DNA from: Spirochaetota bacterium
GTDB taxonomy: Bacteria > Spirochaetota > UBA4802 > JAFGJZ01
Assembly: GCA_023396665.1 (NCBI GenBank)
Contig: JAEWVL010000071.1
Span: forward strand, 1 to 32,562
Direction of reading: 5' to 3'
Length of the DNA stretch: 32,562 nucleotides
In this document: piece by piece, positions 1 through 8,781 of the stretch
Numbering within the stretch: the first letter of the stretch is position 1
Layout of the letters: every line of letters starts with the position of its first letter
Program-made: the position numbers and the translations under genes
The notes under the pieces: generated by a model
Seen by the model: the letters and a program-made list of their open reading frames with translations, nothing else
What the model was told of the DNA's origin: nothing
Database searches by the model: none

Positions 1-35
1 ATTATTCCTCCGGGCGGTAACAGGTCTGCGGTTTC

Positions 36-58
36 CCCTCAATTATCGGATTTGAGGG
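36..58 (+). terminator. Small hairpin CCCTCAA-N9-TTGAGGG, possibly the terminator of a gene lying left of the window
   Basis: 7-bp perfect inverted repeat at 36-42 and 52-58. The following sequence is A/T-rich but has no clean T-run. Confidence 0.2.
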
Positions 59-507
59 CTAATAATTGACAAAAAAACGTCCACAGTCGCTATCATGCTA
101 GCGCACAGGCCGATTGATGACAAGCAAATAACGCAAAAGACGGCAATACATCAGCAGTGTCATCGCTACGATAGCAGGTATTGTTCGGCCCTCCCGGTAT
201 AACGATCCTTTCAAAAATAAATTGACGTCAACCCGATTGTGTTTAGTTTGGGCATCGTAGGGTAGCGGTCAGGGCTCATTTTTCGCTTCGCGCAAACAGT
301 ATCCTTGCGCCGTAAATGATGACGGAATACCGCTTCAATATCGGAAATTCGCTAATTAATCATGGCAATTCGAACCTCGGATTAATCCAATGAAAACGAG
401 GTACAGTTCTCGTCGTGGACAATTATTCGGGTTCCCAATTAAAAATGAACTTATCGCGCCGAACCGGAAATATCTGAGCTGTCAGTGCAGCAAAGTTCCA
501 AAGTGAA

Positions 508-1326
508 GTGTTTATGAAAAATCTTCGTTTAGCAGCAATTCAATCGCAGAAAGAAAAAACGACATTCAAGGTCGGCGATGTTACCGTTGGTAAGGATTTT
601 GTCATCGTCGGGGGTCCATGTTCGGTTGAGTCTGAACGTCAGACAATAGAAACCGCGATCGGTGTGAAACAGGCCGGTGCGCATATGCTGCGGGGAGGGG
701 CTTTCAAGCCAAGAACCTCACCCTATGCGTTTCAGGGTCTCGGACTCAAGGGGCTTCGCTATCTTGACATGGCTCGCCGTGAAACGGGCTTGCCGATCAT
801 CACCGAGGTGGTCGACCCCCGGGATGTGTCATGGGTTGCCGAATACGCCGACATCCTGCAGATCGGCGCACGTAATATGCAAAATTTTACATTACTTCGC
901 GAGGCGGGACGTTCCTGGCGTCCCGTTTTGCTGAAACGGGGCATGTATTCAACTCTGGCCGAATGGCTTAACTGTGCAGAATACATTCTCAATGAAGGTA
1001 ATCCCAACGTTATTCTTTGCGAAAGGGGTATACGTACTTTCGAAACCTATACGCGTAACACGCTCGATTTGAGCATTGTGCCGGCGGTAAAAGAGTGCAC
1101 CCACCTTCCGATAATGGTCGATCCCTCACATGGAACAGGACGCATGTCGCTTATCGAGAGCATGAGTCTCGCCTCGATTGCGGCCGGTGCCGACGGACTG
1201 TTGCTTGAAGTGCATATTTCTCCCAAAGACGCGCTTTCCGATGCGGATCAGCAGTATGACATACCGGCTTTCAAGAAAATCGTTCCGCGTTTGCTGAAAC
1301 TTCATGCTGCGATGGCTGACATATGA
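508..1326 (+). CDS. aroF: 3-deoxy-7-phosphoheptulonate (DAHP) synthase, short type I-beta (KDO8PS-like) form without a regulatory domain
   Basis: 272-aa ORF with VIVGGPCSVES, MLRGGAFKPRTSPYAFQG and MVDPSHG motifs typical of I-beta DAHP synthases. The GTG at 508 may be replaced by the ATG at 514. The stop overlaps the aroB ATG (ATGA). Confidence 0.88.
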   Translation: MFMKNLRLAAIQSQKEKTTFKVGDVTVGKDFVIVGGPCSVESERQTIETAIGVKQAGAHMLRGGAFKPRTSPYAFQGLGLKGLRYLDMARRETGLPIITEVVDPRDVSWVAEYADILQIGARNMQNFTLLREAGRSWRPVLLKRGMYSTLAEWLNCAEYILNEGNPNVILCERGIRTFETYTRNTLDLSIVPAVKECTHLPIMVDPSHGTGRMSLIESMSLASIAAGADGLLLEVHISPKDALSDADQQYDIPAFKKIVPRLLKLHAAMADI

Positions 1327-2366
1327 GGCGTGACGAAGTTTGTTACACCACTGCGGGTGCAAAGGTTACCGTTATTGTCGGTGCAGGCTTCGAGTCGCTT
1401 TCCCTTTTTCCGACACCCGGAAGAACGATCATCATCGCCGATGAGAACGTTCACAGATTGCACAAAGACAAGTTTCCCGATCTTCCCCTGATTGTAATAC
1501 CGACGAGCGAAAAACTGAAAACACTGCAAACGGTCGAGTATATCTACGAAAGGCTTTTGCAGTTGAATGCTGACCGCTTTACGCGCGTTGTCGTAGTGGG
1601 TGGCGGTATCGCAACCGATACCGGGGCCTATGCTGCCGCAACCTTTATGCGCGGCCTCAAATTCGGTTTTGTTTCCACGACCCTGCTCGCCCAGGTTGAC
1701 GCGAGTGTCGGTGGAAAAAACGGAGTCAACTACCATGGCTACAAGAATATAATAGGGACCATCACGCAGCCCGAATTCGTTTTGTGTGACACTTCACTGT
1801 TGTCAACGCTCAGCGATGCTGAATACTCGACAGGAGCCGCTGAGATAGTCAAGGCGGCCTACATCGCCGATGCCGCCCTGATTGACTATCTGCAGACAAA
1901 CGTCAGATCTTTCCTTGAAAGGGATGCCGATGTGATACATCATCTCGTACTTCGTTCGGTGCAGATTAAGGCGAAGGTGGTCGAGCAGGACGAGCATGAA
2001 AACTCCCTGCGTCGTACGCTCAATTTCGGTCACACGCTGGCGCATGCGATTGAGAAGTGTGCGCTTATCACGCACGGTGAGGCCGTTGCGATCGGCATGG
2101 TCTTCGCCGCGAAAATATCCCAGCTGCGGGGACTGATTTCGCCCTCGCTTGTCGACTCGCTCGAGAAGCTCATCTCGGCGCTCAATCTGCCACTTTCCGT
2201 GGCTGCGCTCGGCCTTGATCACACAGTGCTGAAAGAGGCGCTGTTGCATGACAAAAAGCGGCAGTCCGATTCGATTCATTTCGCGCTTCTCGACGGACCC
2301 GGAAGCTGTCGTATAGAAAAGCTTTCACTTACAGAGGTGGAGGCTCATATAGATGCTTTGTGTTAG
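1323..2366 (+). CDS. aroB: 3-dehydroquinate synthase
   Basis: 347 aa. Contains VVGGGIATDTGAYAAATFMRGLKFGFVSTTLLAQVDASVGGKNGVN (nucleotide and metal site) and NFGHTLAHAIE. ATGA overlap with aroF. Confidence 0.92.
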   Translation: MRRDEVCYTTAGAKVTVIVGAGFESLSLFPTPGRTIIIADENVHRLHKDKFPDLPLIVIPTSEKLKTLQTVEYIYERLLQLNADRFTRVVVVGGGIATDTGAYAAATFMRGLKFGFVSTTLLAQVDASVGGKNGVNYHGYKNIIGTITQPEFVLCDTSLLSTLSDAEYSTGAAEIVKAAYIADAALIDYLQTNVRSFLERDADVIHHLVLRSVQIKAKVVEQDEHENSLRRTLNFGHTLAHAIEKCALITHGEAVAIGMVFAAKISQLRGLISPSLVDSLEKLISALNLPLSVAALGLDHTVLKEALLHDKKRQSDSIHFALLDGPGSCRIEKLSLTEVEAHIDALC

Positions 2367-2988
2367 TCTGTTTGAAGCTGAATTCGACGCGCTTAAACAG
2401 GCATTGTCCGCTGTCGATTGTGCCGAAATTCGTCTGGATGCAGCCGCTTTCACCCGCGAACAGATTCGTGAGGTTTTTTCGCAGAAGGGAAAACAGCTTA
2501 TTGCGACTCATCGTCCGACAGATATATCCGACGAAGAGCGTGCTGACAGCCTTTGTGTCGCTATTGCGGCCGGAGCCGCCTACGTTGATATTGAAATCGA
2601 GTCTTCGCCGGCGTTTCGTGAAACAGTGCTCGGCTTTGCCCGCGGGCACGAATGCAGGGTGATTGTTTCCTATCATAACTATGAGACCACTCCGGGTGAG
2701 GCCGAGCTTACCGCAATCGTCAACGAGTGCCGGCAGAAAGGAGCCGATGTGGTGAAACTCGCGTGTATGACGCACAACGCCGCCGATGCGGCGCGCATGC
2801 TCGCGCTGTATAAATTTGACAATATTCTTGCCATCGCAATGGGCGATTACGGCAGAGTTACAAGAGTGGTCGCCCCTTTTCTTGGTGCGCCTTTTACCTT
2901 TGTCTCTCTTTCCGCGGACAAAGCGACTGCCCCCGGTCAGATAAGCCTTGATGCCATGAGAACGATTTTAGACAGGATGCAGAAATAA
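2353..2988 (+). CDS. aroD: Type I 3-dehydroquinate dehydratase
   Basis: 211 aa with AEIRLD, YVDIEIES, VSYHNYETTP and KLACM motifs of type I DHQase. Overlaps aroB by 14 nt. Confidence 0.85.
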   Translation: MLCVSLFEAEFDALKQALSAVDCAEIRLDAAAFTREQIREVFSQKGKQLIATHRPTDISDEERADSLCVAIAAGAAYVDIEIESSPAFRETVLGFARGHECRVIVSYHNYETTPGEAELTAIVNECRQKGADVVKLACMTHNAADAARMLALYKFDNILAIAMGDYGRVTRVVAPFLGAPFTFVSLSADKATAPGQISLDAMRTILDRMQK

Positions 2989-4274
2989 TGCAGCTCTACG
3001 CGGTATCGGGAAACCCGGTATATCATTCGAAAAGCCCGCTCATCTTCAAACGGCATTTTGCAGCCAAACGAATTGATGCATGCTATCTTCGCTATGCCGC
3101 TGTCGATGCAAATGATATTATCAGTTTTATTCATGACATGCCCTTGTGCGGTATGAATGTCACCGCACCCTTTAAAACAGAGATCTTTTCTCTAATTGAA
3201 AACTGTGATGAATCGGCCGCTTCGATCGGTGCGGTCAACACGCTTGCAAACCGTGAGGGGCGGCTTTACGCGACTTGCACCGATCCCGAAGGTGTTTTGC
3301 GGCCGCTAAGGCGTCGAACACCGCTTGACGGCGCGGAAGCCGTCGTTATCGGTGCCGGCGGTGCCGCCCGTGCCGCTGTGTATGCCCTTGTCTCAGCGGG
3401 ATCCCGGGTGACTGTCGTTAATCGTTCTTTTGAGAAGGCGCACGCGCTTGCTGACGAGTTCGGCGCGCAGGCCGCTCCCTTGAGCGCCGATGCAATCACC
3501 AAACTCTTTGCCGAAAACCGCATTATTGTGCATACCCTGCCGCACGGAGCTTCGCTTCCGGTTCTTCCTCAGCTGCGCAATTCGCATATTATTCTCGACG
3601 CGAACTACCATGACAGCATATACCTTGACGCGGTACGGGATGCCGCCGCGATACTGATTCCCGGAGAAGAATGGCTTTACGAACAGGCCGATGCGGCCTC
3701 GCGCTTCATGGGGGCGATGGCGATCGACGATCCGCACACCTCCGCATATATCAGCGCTCCCCGTGATAACAGGAAAAAGCATATCGCGCTGACGGGCTTT
3801 ATGGGCTGCGGTAAGACGACGATCGGAGAGCGCCTGAGCGCGATTGGGGATTTTCCGCTCTACGATCTTGACACCATGATAGAGCGTGAGGCATCACTGT
3901 CCGTCTCTGAAATATTTGAAAAATTCGGCGAGTCGCATTTTCGCGATCTGGAATCACAGATGCTTGCCCGTGTACTTGATCTGCCCCGCGGTATTGTCTC
4001 CTGCGGCGGGGGGATAATTGAACGTGAGGCAAATCGTGCACTGCTCGACTCAGCGCATACTGTCTGGCTCTACGCCTCAGTTGATGCTTTGTTTCGTCGC
4101 ATATCGGCTTGTGGCGAAGCGCGTCCTCTCGCGCACAATTCTGATGATTTTCAAAAACGTTATGAACGTCGTGTTCCTCTATACGCGGCAAGTTCCGATC
4201 TTGTTATCAGCAGCACCGGCGACGTTGACGCTGTTGCCCGACGGATTTACGCGGAGCTGTATCCCTTTCTCTGA
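2988..4274 (+). CDS. aroE/aroK: Bifunctional shikimate dehydrogenase (N-terminal) / shikimate kinase (C-terminal) fusion
   Basis: 428 aa. The N-terminal part has GNPVYHSKSPLIF, GMNVTAPFK and VIGAGGAARAAVYAL (the AroE Rossmann fold). From about residue 265 comes IALTGFMGCGKTTIGERLS (Walker A) and the rest of a shikimate kinase. The start overlaps the aroD stop by 1 nt (TAATG). Confidence 0.9.
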   Translation: MQLYAVSGNPVYHSKSPLIFKRHFAAKRIDACYLRYAAVDANDIISFIHDMPLCGMNVTAPFKTEIFSLIENCDESAASIGAVNTLANREGRLYATCTDPEGVLRPLRRRTPLDGAEAVVIGAGGAARAAVYALVSAGSRVTVVNRSFEKAHALADEFGAQAAPLSADAITKLFAENRIIVHTLPHGASLPVLPQLRNSHIILDANYHDSIYLDAVRDAAAILIPGEEWLYEQADAASRFMGAMAIDDPHTSAYISAPRDNRKKHIALTGFMGCGKTTIGERLSAIGDFPLYDLDTMIEREASLSVSEIFEKFGESHFRDLESQMLARVLDLPRGIVSCGGGIIEREANRALLDSAHTVWLYASVDALFRRISACGEARPLAHNSDDFQKRYERRVPLYAASSDLVISSTGDVDAVARRIYAELYPFL

Positions 4275-4494
4275 ACGGGGTCTGCGATGATGCCCGCTCC
4301 TGATGTCGGGTAAAAGCGCGGTGGAGAAGGGATCATTACGAAAGTTTATCCCCCCGCATCGCGCTGGACTTCGTTCTCTGAAGTTCTTGACGAATGTGCC
4401 GCTGTTGTGCAGCCTGCGGTGAACGGAAAAGTGAAAAAAGTAAATGACCCGATCATATATCTAATACCAAATGAAACAGTAAGGATGGAACACG

Positions 4495-5556
4495 ATGAGC
4501 CTTGAAAATATCCGTCAGAAAATTGACCTGAAAGACGCGCAGATTCTTGAACTGCTTCACGAGCGTATGGAGCTCTCACTCATGTCGCGCAAGTTTAAAA
4601 CCAGTGTAGAGGATCGCGTTCGCGAAGAAGAGCTGCTCAAAAAGATCAAACTGCATTCCGGTACCCTTCTCGGAAAAGATTTTTGCGAGGGACTGTACCG
4701 GCAGATAATTGCGGAGAGCAAGCGCCTGCAAAAAGGTGATTATCAGGTTATCGGTTTTCAGGGTGAGCATGGCGCTTACTCCGAGATAGCCGCCAATCAC
4801 TGGAACAGCAGCTTTGTTTCATCGGCCTGTCCGGCCTGGACCGATGTTTTCGAAGGGGTGATGAGCGGTATCTACGATTACGGTATTGTGCCGATCGAGA
4901 ACACGCTCGGCGGTGTCGTCGAACAGACGAACGACCTTCTTATCCATTCCGATGTCTCGATTGTCGGGGCCGTCGAGCTGACGATTCATCAGTGTCTTTT
5001 GACGCTTCCGGAGACCGATCATCGTGAGATACGTGTGGTGTATTCTCATCAGCAGGCGCTCGCACAATGCAGAAATTTTCTCGCAAGAAACCGCCTCGAG
5101 GGCGTTCCCTGGTACAATACCGCCGGTGCCGCAAAAATGTTAATGCTTGAAAAACCGAAGGCCGCGGCCGTCATCGCCAGCAAGTTGACCGCCGAGCTTT
5201 ATAATCTTGAAATCATTAAAGAAAATATCGAGGACAACGCGGCCAACCGTACGCGTTTCATTGTCATCGCGAAAAATCCCGAAGATAACGGCGGGGATAA
5301 ATGCTCGATACTGTTCAGTACAGAGAACACGCATAAGGCGGGAGTGCTTTTCAAAGTGCTTGAACTTTTTGCAAACGAAAATATCAGTATGACGAGAATC
5401 GAATCGATACCTGACACTCCGGGTAACTATGTTTTTCAGGTTGATCTTCTCGGTTCCAGAAACGATGAGAATGTTAAACGTGCCCTTGAGCAGATTGAAG
5501 CGCGCACATCAAAAATGCGTTTCATGGGCTGCTACAAGGAGATTGCTGTCGGTTGA
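4495..5556 (+). CDS. pheA: Chorismate mutase / prephenate dehydratase (P-protein) with a C-terminal ACT domain
   Basis: 353 aa. N-terminal AroQ-type chorismate mutase helix (IRQKIDLKDAQILELLHERMELS), a PDT core (GFQGEHGAYSE, NRTRF) and an ACT-like tail. AAGGA RBS lies before the ATG. Confidence 0.9.
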   Translation: MSLENIRQKIDLKDAQILELLHERMELSLMSRKFKTSVEDRVREEELLKKIKLHSGTLLGKDFCEGLYRQIIAESKRLQKGDYQVIGFQGEHGAYSEIAANHWNSSFVSSACPAWTDVFEGVMSGIYDYGIVPIENTLGGVVEQTNDLLIHSDVSIVGAVELTIHQCLLTLPETDHREIRVVYSHQQALAQCRNFLARNRLEGVPWYNTAGAAKMLMLEKPKAAAVIASKLTAELYNLEIIKENIEDNAANRTRFIVIAKNPEDNGGDKCSILFSTENTHKAGVLFKVLELFANENISMTRIESIPDTPGNYVFQVDLLGSRNDENVKRALEQIEARTSKMRFMGCYKEIAVG

Positions 5557-5605
5557 ATAGGCAGCAGTCCTTGCGATCATAAGGCATATATTTCCGGGGT
5601 AGGGG

Positions 5606-6346
5606 ATGAGCGAAAAAAAACCTGAGACCGGCGTGCGCCGCGCCGCAACAAAAAAGACAGCCGGTGTGCGCGGTAAAAAGACCACGCGAAAACCGCCGGT
5701 CAGAAAAGCGGTTCCCGCATCAAACGCATTTGCCGGGGTTTTACTCGCGGGATCTCTCGTCGCCCTTGCGATTCTGGGGCTGACCGTTGTGCGTCAGCAG
5801 CGGGCCATCAACGAATTGCAGCACGCTATTCGAACGGAAGATGCTGTAGTTTCGAAAGGAGACGGGGATTCCGCTGCACGCAAAGAAACTGCGCCGACGA
5901 AGCAGCAATCCGAACAGAAGCCTGAAGTGAAAGAACCGGGCACGGTTGCGGGTGTTCTTTGCATGCTGCATTATGATGAACAGAAAGATCAGGTGTCGTA
6001 TGTTAAGGTGCGGCGAACTCTTGATGAGCCGACGATCGCGGCGGCAATGCTTGAGCTGATCAAGGGCCCCGACGCGAAAGAACGCTCGAAGGGCATTCTC
6101 AGCACCATCCCTTCCGATTTGAAAGTTCGCTCAATCGTCATAAAGGGGGATACCGCCACGATTGACCTTTCCTCTGATTTTCTGCATGAAGCCTTCGGTG
6201 ATATTGCCGTTAACCGGATTAATCAGGTTTTCACGACAGCAACACAGTTCGAATCGGTCAGCTCCGTAATCATACTCGTCGAAGGTCGTGAACTGCATGA
6301 TATTGACGGAAGGGTGATCGACTGGCCCCTGAAGCGGAGACTGTGA
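5606..6346 (+). CDS. Membrane-anchored GerMN-domain protein
   Basis: 246 aa. Basic N-terminus, one TM helix (FAGVLLAGSLVALAILGLTVV), a low-complexity linker, then a GerMN-like LELIKGP...GILSTIPSDLKVRSIVIKGDTATIDLSSDF. A GGGG-rich RBS precedes the ATG. Confidence 0.6.
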   Translation: MSEKKPETGVRRAATKKTAGVRGKKTTRKPPVRKAVPASNAFAGVLLAGSLVALAILGLTVVRQQRAINELQHAIRTEDAVVSKGDGDSAARKETAPTKQQSEQKPEVKEPGTVAGVLCMLHYDEQKDQVSYVKVRRTLDEPTIAAAMLELIKGPDAKERSKGILSTIPSDLKVRSIVIKGDTATIDLSSDFLHEAFGDIAVNRINQVFTTATQFESVSSVIILVEGRELHDIDGRVIDWPLKRRL

Positions 6347-6882
6347 TGCTTGAGATAGAGATTAAGGCCTGGTGTGACGATCCCGCTCGTGTTGAAACGG
6401 CGCTGAACGCTTCGGGCGCAACGCTTGCCGCAAATCTCATTCAAACCGATATGTATTACAATCATCCCTCGCGTGATTTCGGGCAAACCGACGAAGCTTT
6501 CCGCATTCGAACGAGTAATGATGAGACCCTGATTACCTACAAAGGCCCGAAGCTTTCTGATAAATCGAAAGCCCGTTTCGAGAAAGAAACGGCGATCAGC
6601 GATCCCGCCGCTTTTTCTGAAATTCTCGATCGCCTCGGGTTTCGCCGGGCCGGTGTCGTGAGAAAAAATCGTAACGAGTATCTGCTTGGCGATATTCATA
6701 TCTGTGTTGACCGCGTCGAAGGCCTTGGTACCTTTGTAGAATTCGAACAGTGCGGAGATAATCTTGCGTGTATCGAACCGCAGTTGTTTGCCTGTGCGGA
6801 ACGCTTCGGCCTCGACCGTTTTGAGCGGCGCTCGTATCTTACACTGCTTTTGCAAAAAAACAAAACGGAGACGGAACAATGA
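6346..6882 (+). CDS. CYTH-domain protein (class IV adenylate cyclase CyaB / triphosphatase family)
   Basis: N-terminal EIEIK (the CYTH EXEXK signature), then EAFRIR, ITYKGPK and GTFVEFE. The ATG at 6346 overlaps the upstream TGA by 1 nt. The ORF track starts it at the GTG at 6343. Confidence 0.78.
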   Translation: MLEIEIKAWCDDPARVETALNASGATLAANLIQTDMYYNHPSRDFGQTDEAFRIRTSNDETLITYKGPKLSDKSKARFEKETAISDPAAFSEILDRLGFRRAGVVRKNRNEYLLGDIHICVDRVEGLGTFVEFEQCGDNLACIEPQLFACAERFGLDRFERRSYLTLLLQKNKTETEQ

Positions 6883-8156
6883 CGATTATCGAGAAAGCTG
6901 AGCAGGCAAAATCCGTCACCCCCGCTCTTGCAGAGCAGACGAGTGATGAAAAAAACAGGGCTCTCGCCGCCATAGCCGGCAATCTGCAGAAAAACCGCGA
7001 ACGTATAATCGCGGCGAACAAAACAGATCTCGACCGCGCCGAGGCGGATAAACTCGATGCGCCGCTGCTGAAGCGGCTGAAATTCGACGCCGCGAAGATT
7101 GATGCCGTCTGTGCGGGCATTGAAAGCCTCATCGCGCTGCCCGATCCGGTCAACAAAGTCATCTCCCGCACCGAACTTGATAACAATCTTGAACTGTCAA
7201 AAGTTAGCTGCCCGATCGGCGTTATCGGCATCATCTTCGAATCAAGACCGGATGCTTTGGTGCAAATCGCGAGTCTGTGCCTGAAAAGCGGCAATGCCGT
7301 TCTTCTCAAAGGGGGAAGCGAAGCCTCGCATACAAATGCTATTCTTGCTGATTGTATTACCGGAGCCACCGATGAAGCGGGTTATCCAGCGGGATGGCTG
7401 CACCTGCTCGAAAGCCGGTCCGACGTCAACGAGATGCTGAAACTTGATTCGCATATAGATCTGATCATTCCGCGCGGATCGAACAGTTTTGTGCAGTACA
7501 TAATGAACAATTCCAATATTCCTGTCATGGGTCATGCGGACGGAATCTGCCATCTTTTTGTCGACGAAAGCGCCGATTTGAAGATGGCGCTCGAGTTGAC
7601 CTACGATTCGAAAACGCAGTATGTTGCGGTCTGCAACGCCCTTGAAACGCTGCTGGTTCACAAGAATGCGGCGCCATCATTTCTGCCATTACTGAAAGAG
7701 CGTTTCGACGCAAAACGGGTAAGACTCGTCGCTTGCGAGCGTACGCGCGCTATCATTCAGGTTGATGCCGCCACCGAAGAGGACTGGGCGAGCGAATACC
7801 TCGATTACATTCTTTCTGTCAGGATTGTCGATTCTCTCGATGAGGCAATCGCGCATATCAATCATTACGGTTCGGGGCATACCGATTCGATTGTGACCGA
7901 AGATCAGTCAAATGCGGAGCGCTTTATGGCTCGGGTCGATTCGGGCAATGTTTTCTGGAACGTTTCCACGCGTTTTTCAGACGGCTATGTTTACGGGCTT
8001 GGCGCCGAGGTGGGGATAAGCACCGCAAAGATTCACGCCCGCGGACCGGTCGGGCTGGAAGGGCTGGTTATTTACAAGTACCGCCTAAAAGGCAGGGGCG
8101 CAGTAATGGCGCCTTACGCAAGTGGTAATAAAAAATTTACGCACAAAATAATGTGA
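6879..8156 (+). CDS. proA: Glutamate-5-semialdehyde dehydrogenase (gamma-glutamyl phosphate reductase)
   Basis: 425 aa. Full-length ProA-like sequence (IFESRPDALVQIASLCLKSGNAVLLKGG, CNALETLLVH, YGSGHTDSIVT, NVSTRFSDG). ATGA overlap with the CYTH gene. Confidence 0.94.
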   Translation: MTIIEKAEQAKSVTPALAEQTSDEKNRALAAIAGNLQKNRERIIAANKTDLDRAEADKLDAPLLKRLKFDAAKIDAVCAGIESLIALPDPVNKVISRTELDNNLELSKVSCPIGVIGIIFESRPDALVQIASLCLKSGNAVLLKGGSEASHTNAILADCITGATDEAGYPAGWLHLLESRSDVNEMLKLDSHIDLIIPRGSNSFVQYIMNNSNIPVMGHADGICHLFVDESADLKMALELTYDSKTQYVAVCNALETLLVHKNAAPSFLPLLKERFDAKRVRLVACERTRAIIQVDAATEEDWASEYLDYILSVRIVDSLDEAIAHINHYGSGHTDSIVTEDQSNAERFMARVDSGNVFWNVSTRFSDGYVYGLGAEVGISTAKIHARGPVGLEGLVIYKYRLKGRGAVMAPYASGNKKFTHKIM

Positions 8157-8250
8157 ACTTCGCCATGTCATTCGCAAGTGCTGAAATCATCGCTGAATTG
8201 CGGTATCAGACGCTGATGGCGCTTGCATACCGTAACCTGAGCCGTCAACG

Positions 8251-8781
8251 GTGAAACTGCGCCCCAACAATTTCGTTCCCCTGTCGGCCGCCATCGTTGC
8301 ACTGTTTATTCTGCGCGTGCTTGACAATATCGCGGGTACTGCATTGTACCCGCTTTTCGCTTTTCCTTCTTCGAAAGCGGCGGCTCTCTTTTATAAGGCC
8401 TCGCTGTCAATGCAAAACGGTGTGTATTGCATTAGCGACGCTCTTCTCGTATTGCATATCACCAGACAATGTTCGGCTTTTTCTTTTTTTTCCATTCTTT
8501 TTTCTCTTTTGCTGTATGAGTCGTTTCGTTTTGAAAGAAGAAGGAAGTGTATGTCGCTATTGTCCGCACTGCCGCTATCATATGTGTTGACAATTTGTTC
8601 AAATGCTGTTCGCATCATTCTCTGGCGTGCGGTTTATCCGTTTATTGTTGCATTTTTGCCGGCGAAGCTGTTCGCCCTGGCTCATCAGTTTACCGGCATT
8701 ATTGTTTTTCTTCCGCTGTTGTGCGGCGTCTATTATTTTGCTGAAAAGGGGTTACCGGATGAAACAAAAATGGAATCGTAA
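8251..8781 (+). CDS. Minimal exosortase/archaeosortase-family transpeptidase (short Xrt-type)
   Basis: 176 aa with about 5-6 TM helices. The Cys/Arg/His triad occurs in the expected order: C74 in TRQCSAF (8470-8472), R121 in SNAVRII (8611-8613), H145 in LAHQFTG (8683-8685). The next gene carries a PEP-CTERM signal. The start codon (GTG) is uncertain. Confidence 0.65.
   Translation: MKLRPNNFVPLSAAIVALFILRVLDNIAGTALYPLFAFPSSKAAALFYKASLSMQNGVYCISDALLVLHITRQCSAFSFFSILFSLLLYESFRFERRRKCMSLLSALPLSYVLTICSNAVRIILWRAVYPFIVAFLPAKLFALAHQFTGIIVFLPLLCGVYYFAEKGLPDETKMES

Noticed and set aside
222-231. Perfect 10-bp palindrome TTGACGTCAA
   Set aside because: About 30 perfect 10-bp palindromes are expected by chance in 32.5 kb, and no second copy or positional logic supports it.
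390-506. 38-codon uORF ending just before aroF, considered as an attenuation leader peptide
   Set aside because: It has only two Phe and two Tyr scattered through it, with no run of aromatic codons. I found no alternative terminator/antiterminator pair.
677-7369. Numerous 60-220-aa ORFs nested in or antisense to the aro, pheA, CYTH and proA genes (for example 677-934, 759-1007, 1302-1736, 1803-2279, 2329-2775, 3393-3782, 3799-4191, 6223-6879, 6839-7369)
   Set aside because: They overlap strongly supported genes in other frames or on the other strand. They have Arg/Ser/Pro-rich or otherwise unnatural composition typical of shadow ORFs in GC-richer coding DNA, and no recognisable motifs.
8603-8758. 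N-terminal 52-codon extension of the 1028-aa ORF, overlapping the exosortase-like gene by 179 nt
   Set aside because: The extension is Cys/Arg-rich and runs through the conserved Arg/His region of the exosortase gene in another frame. The ATG at 8759 gives a sensible N-terminus (a basic stretch followed by the first TM helix).
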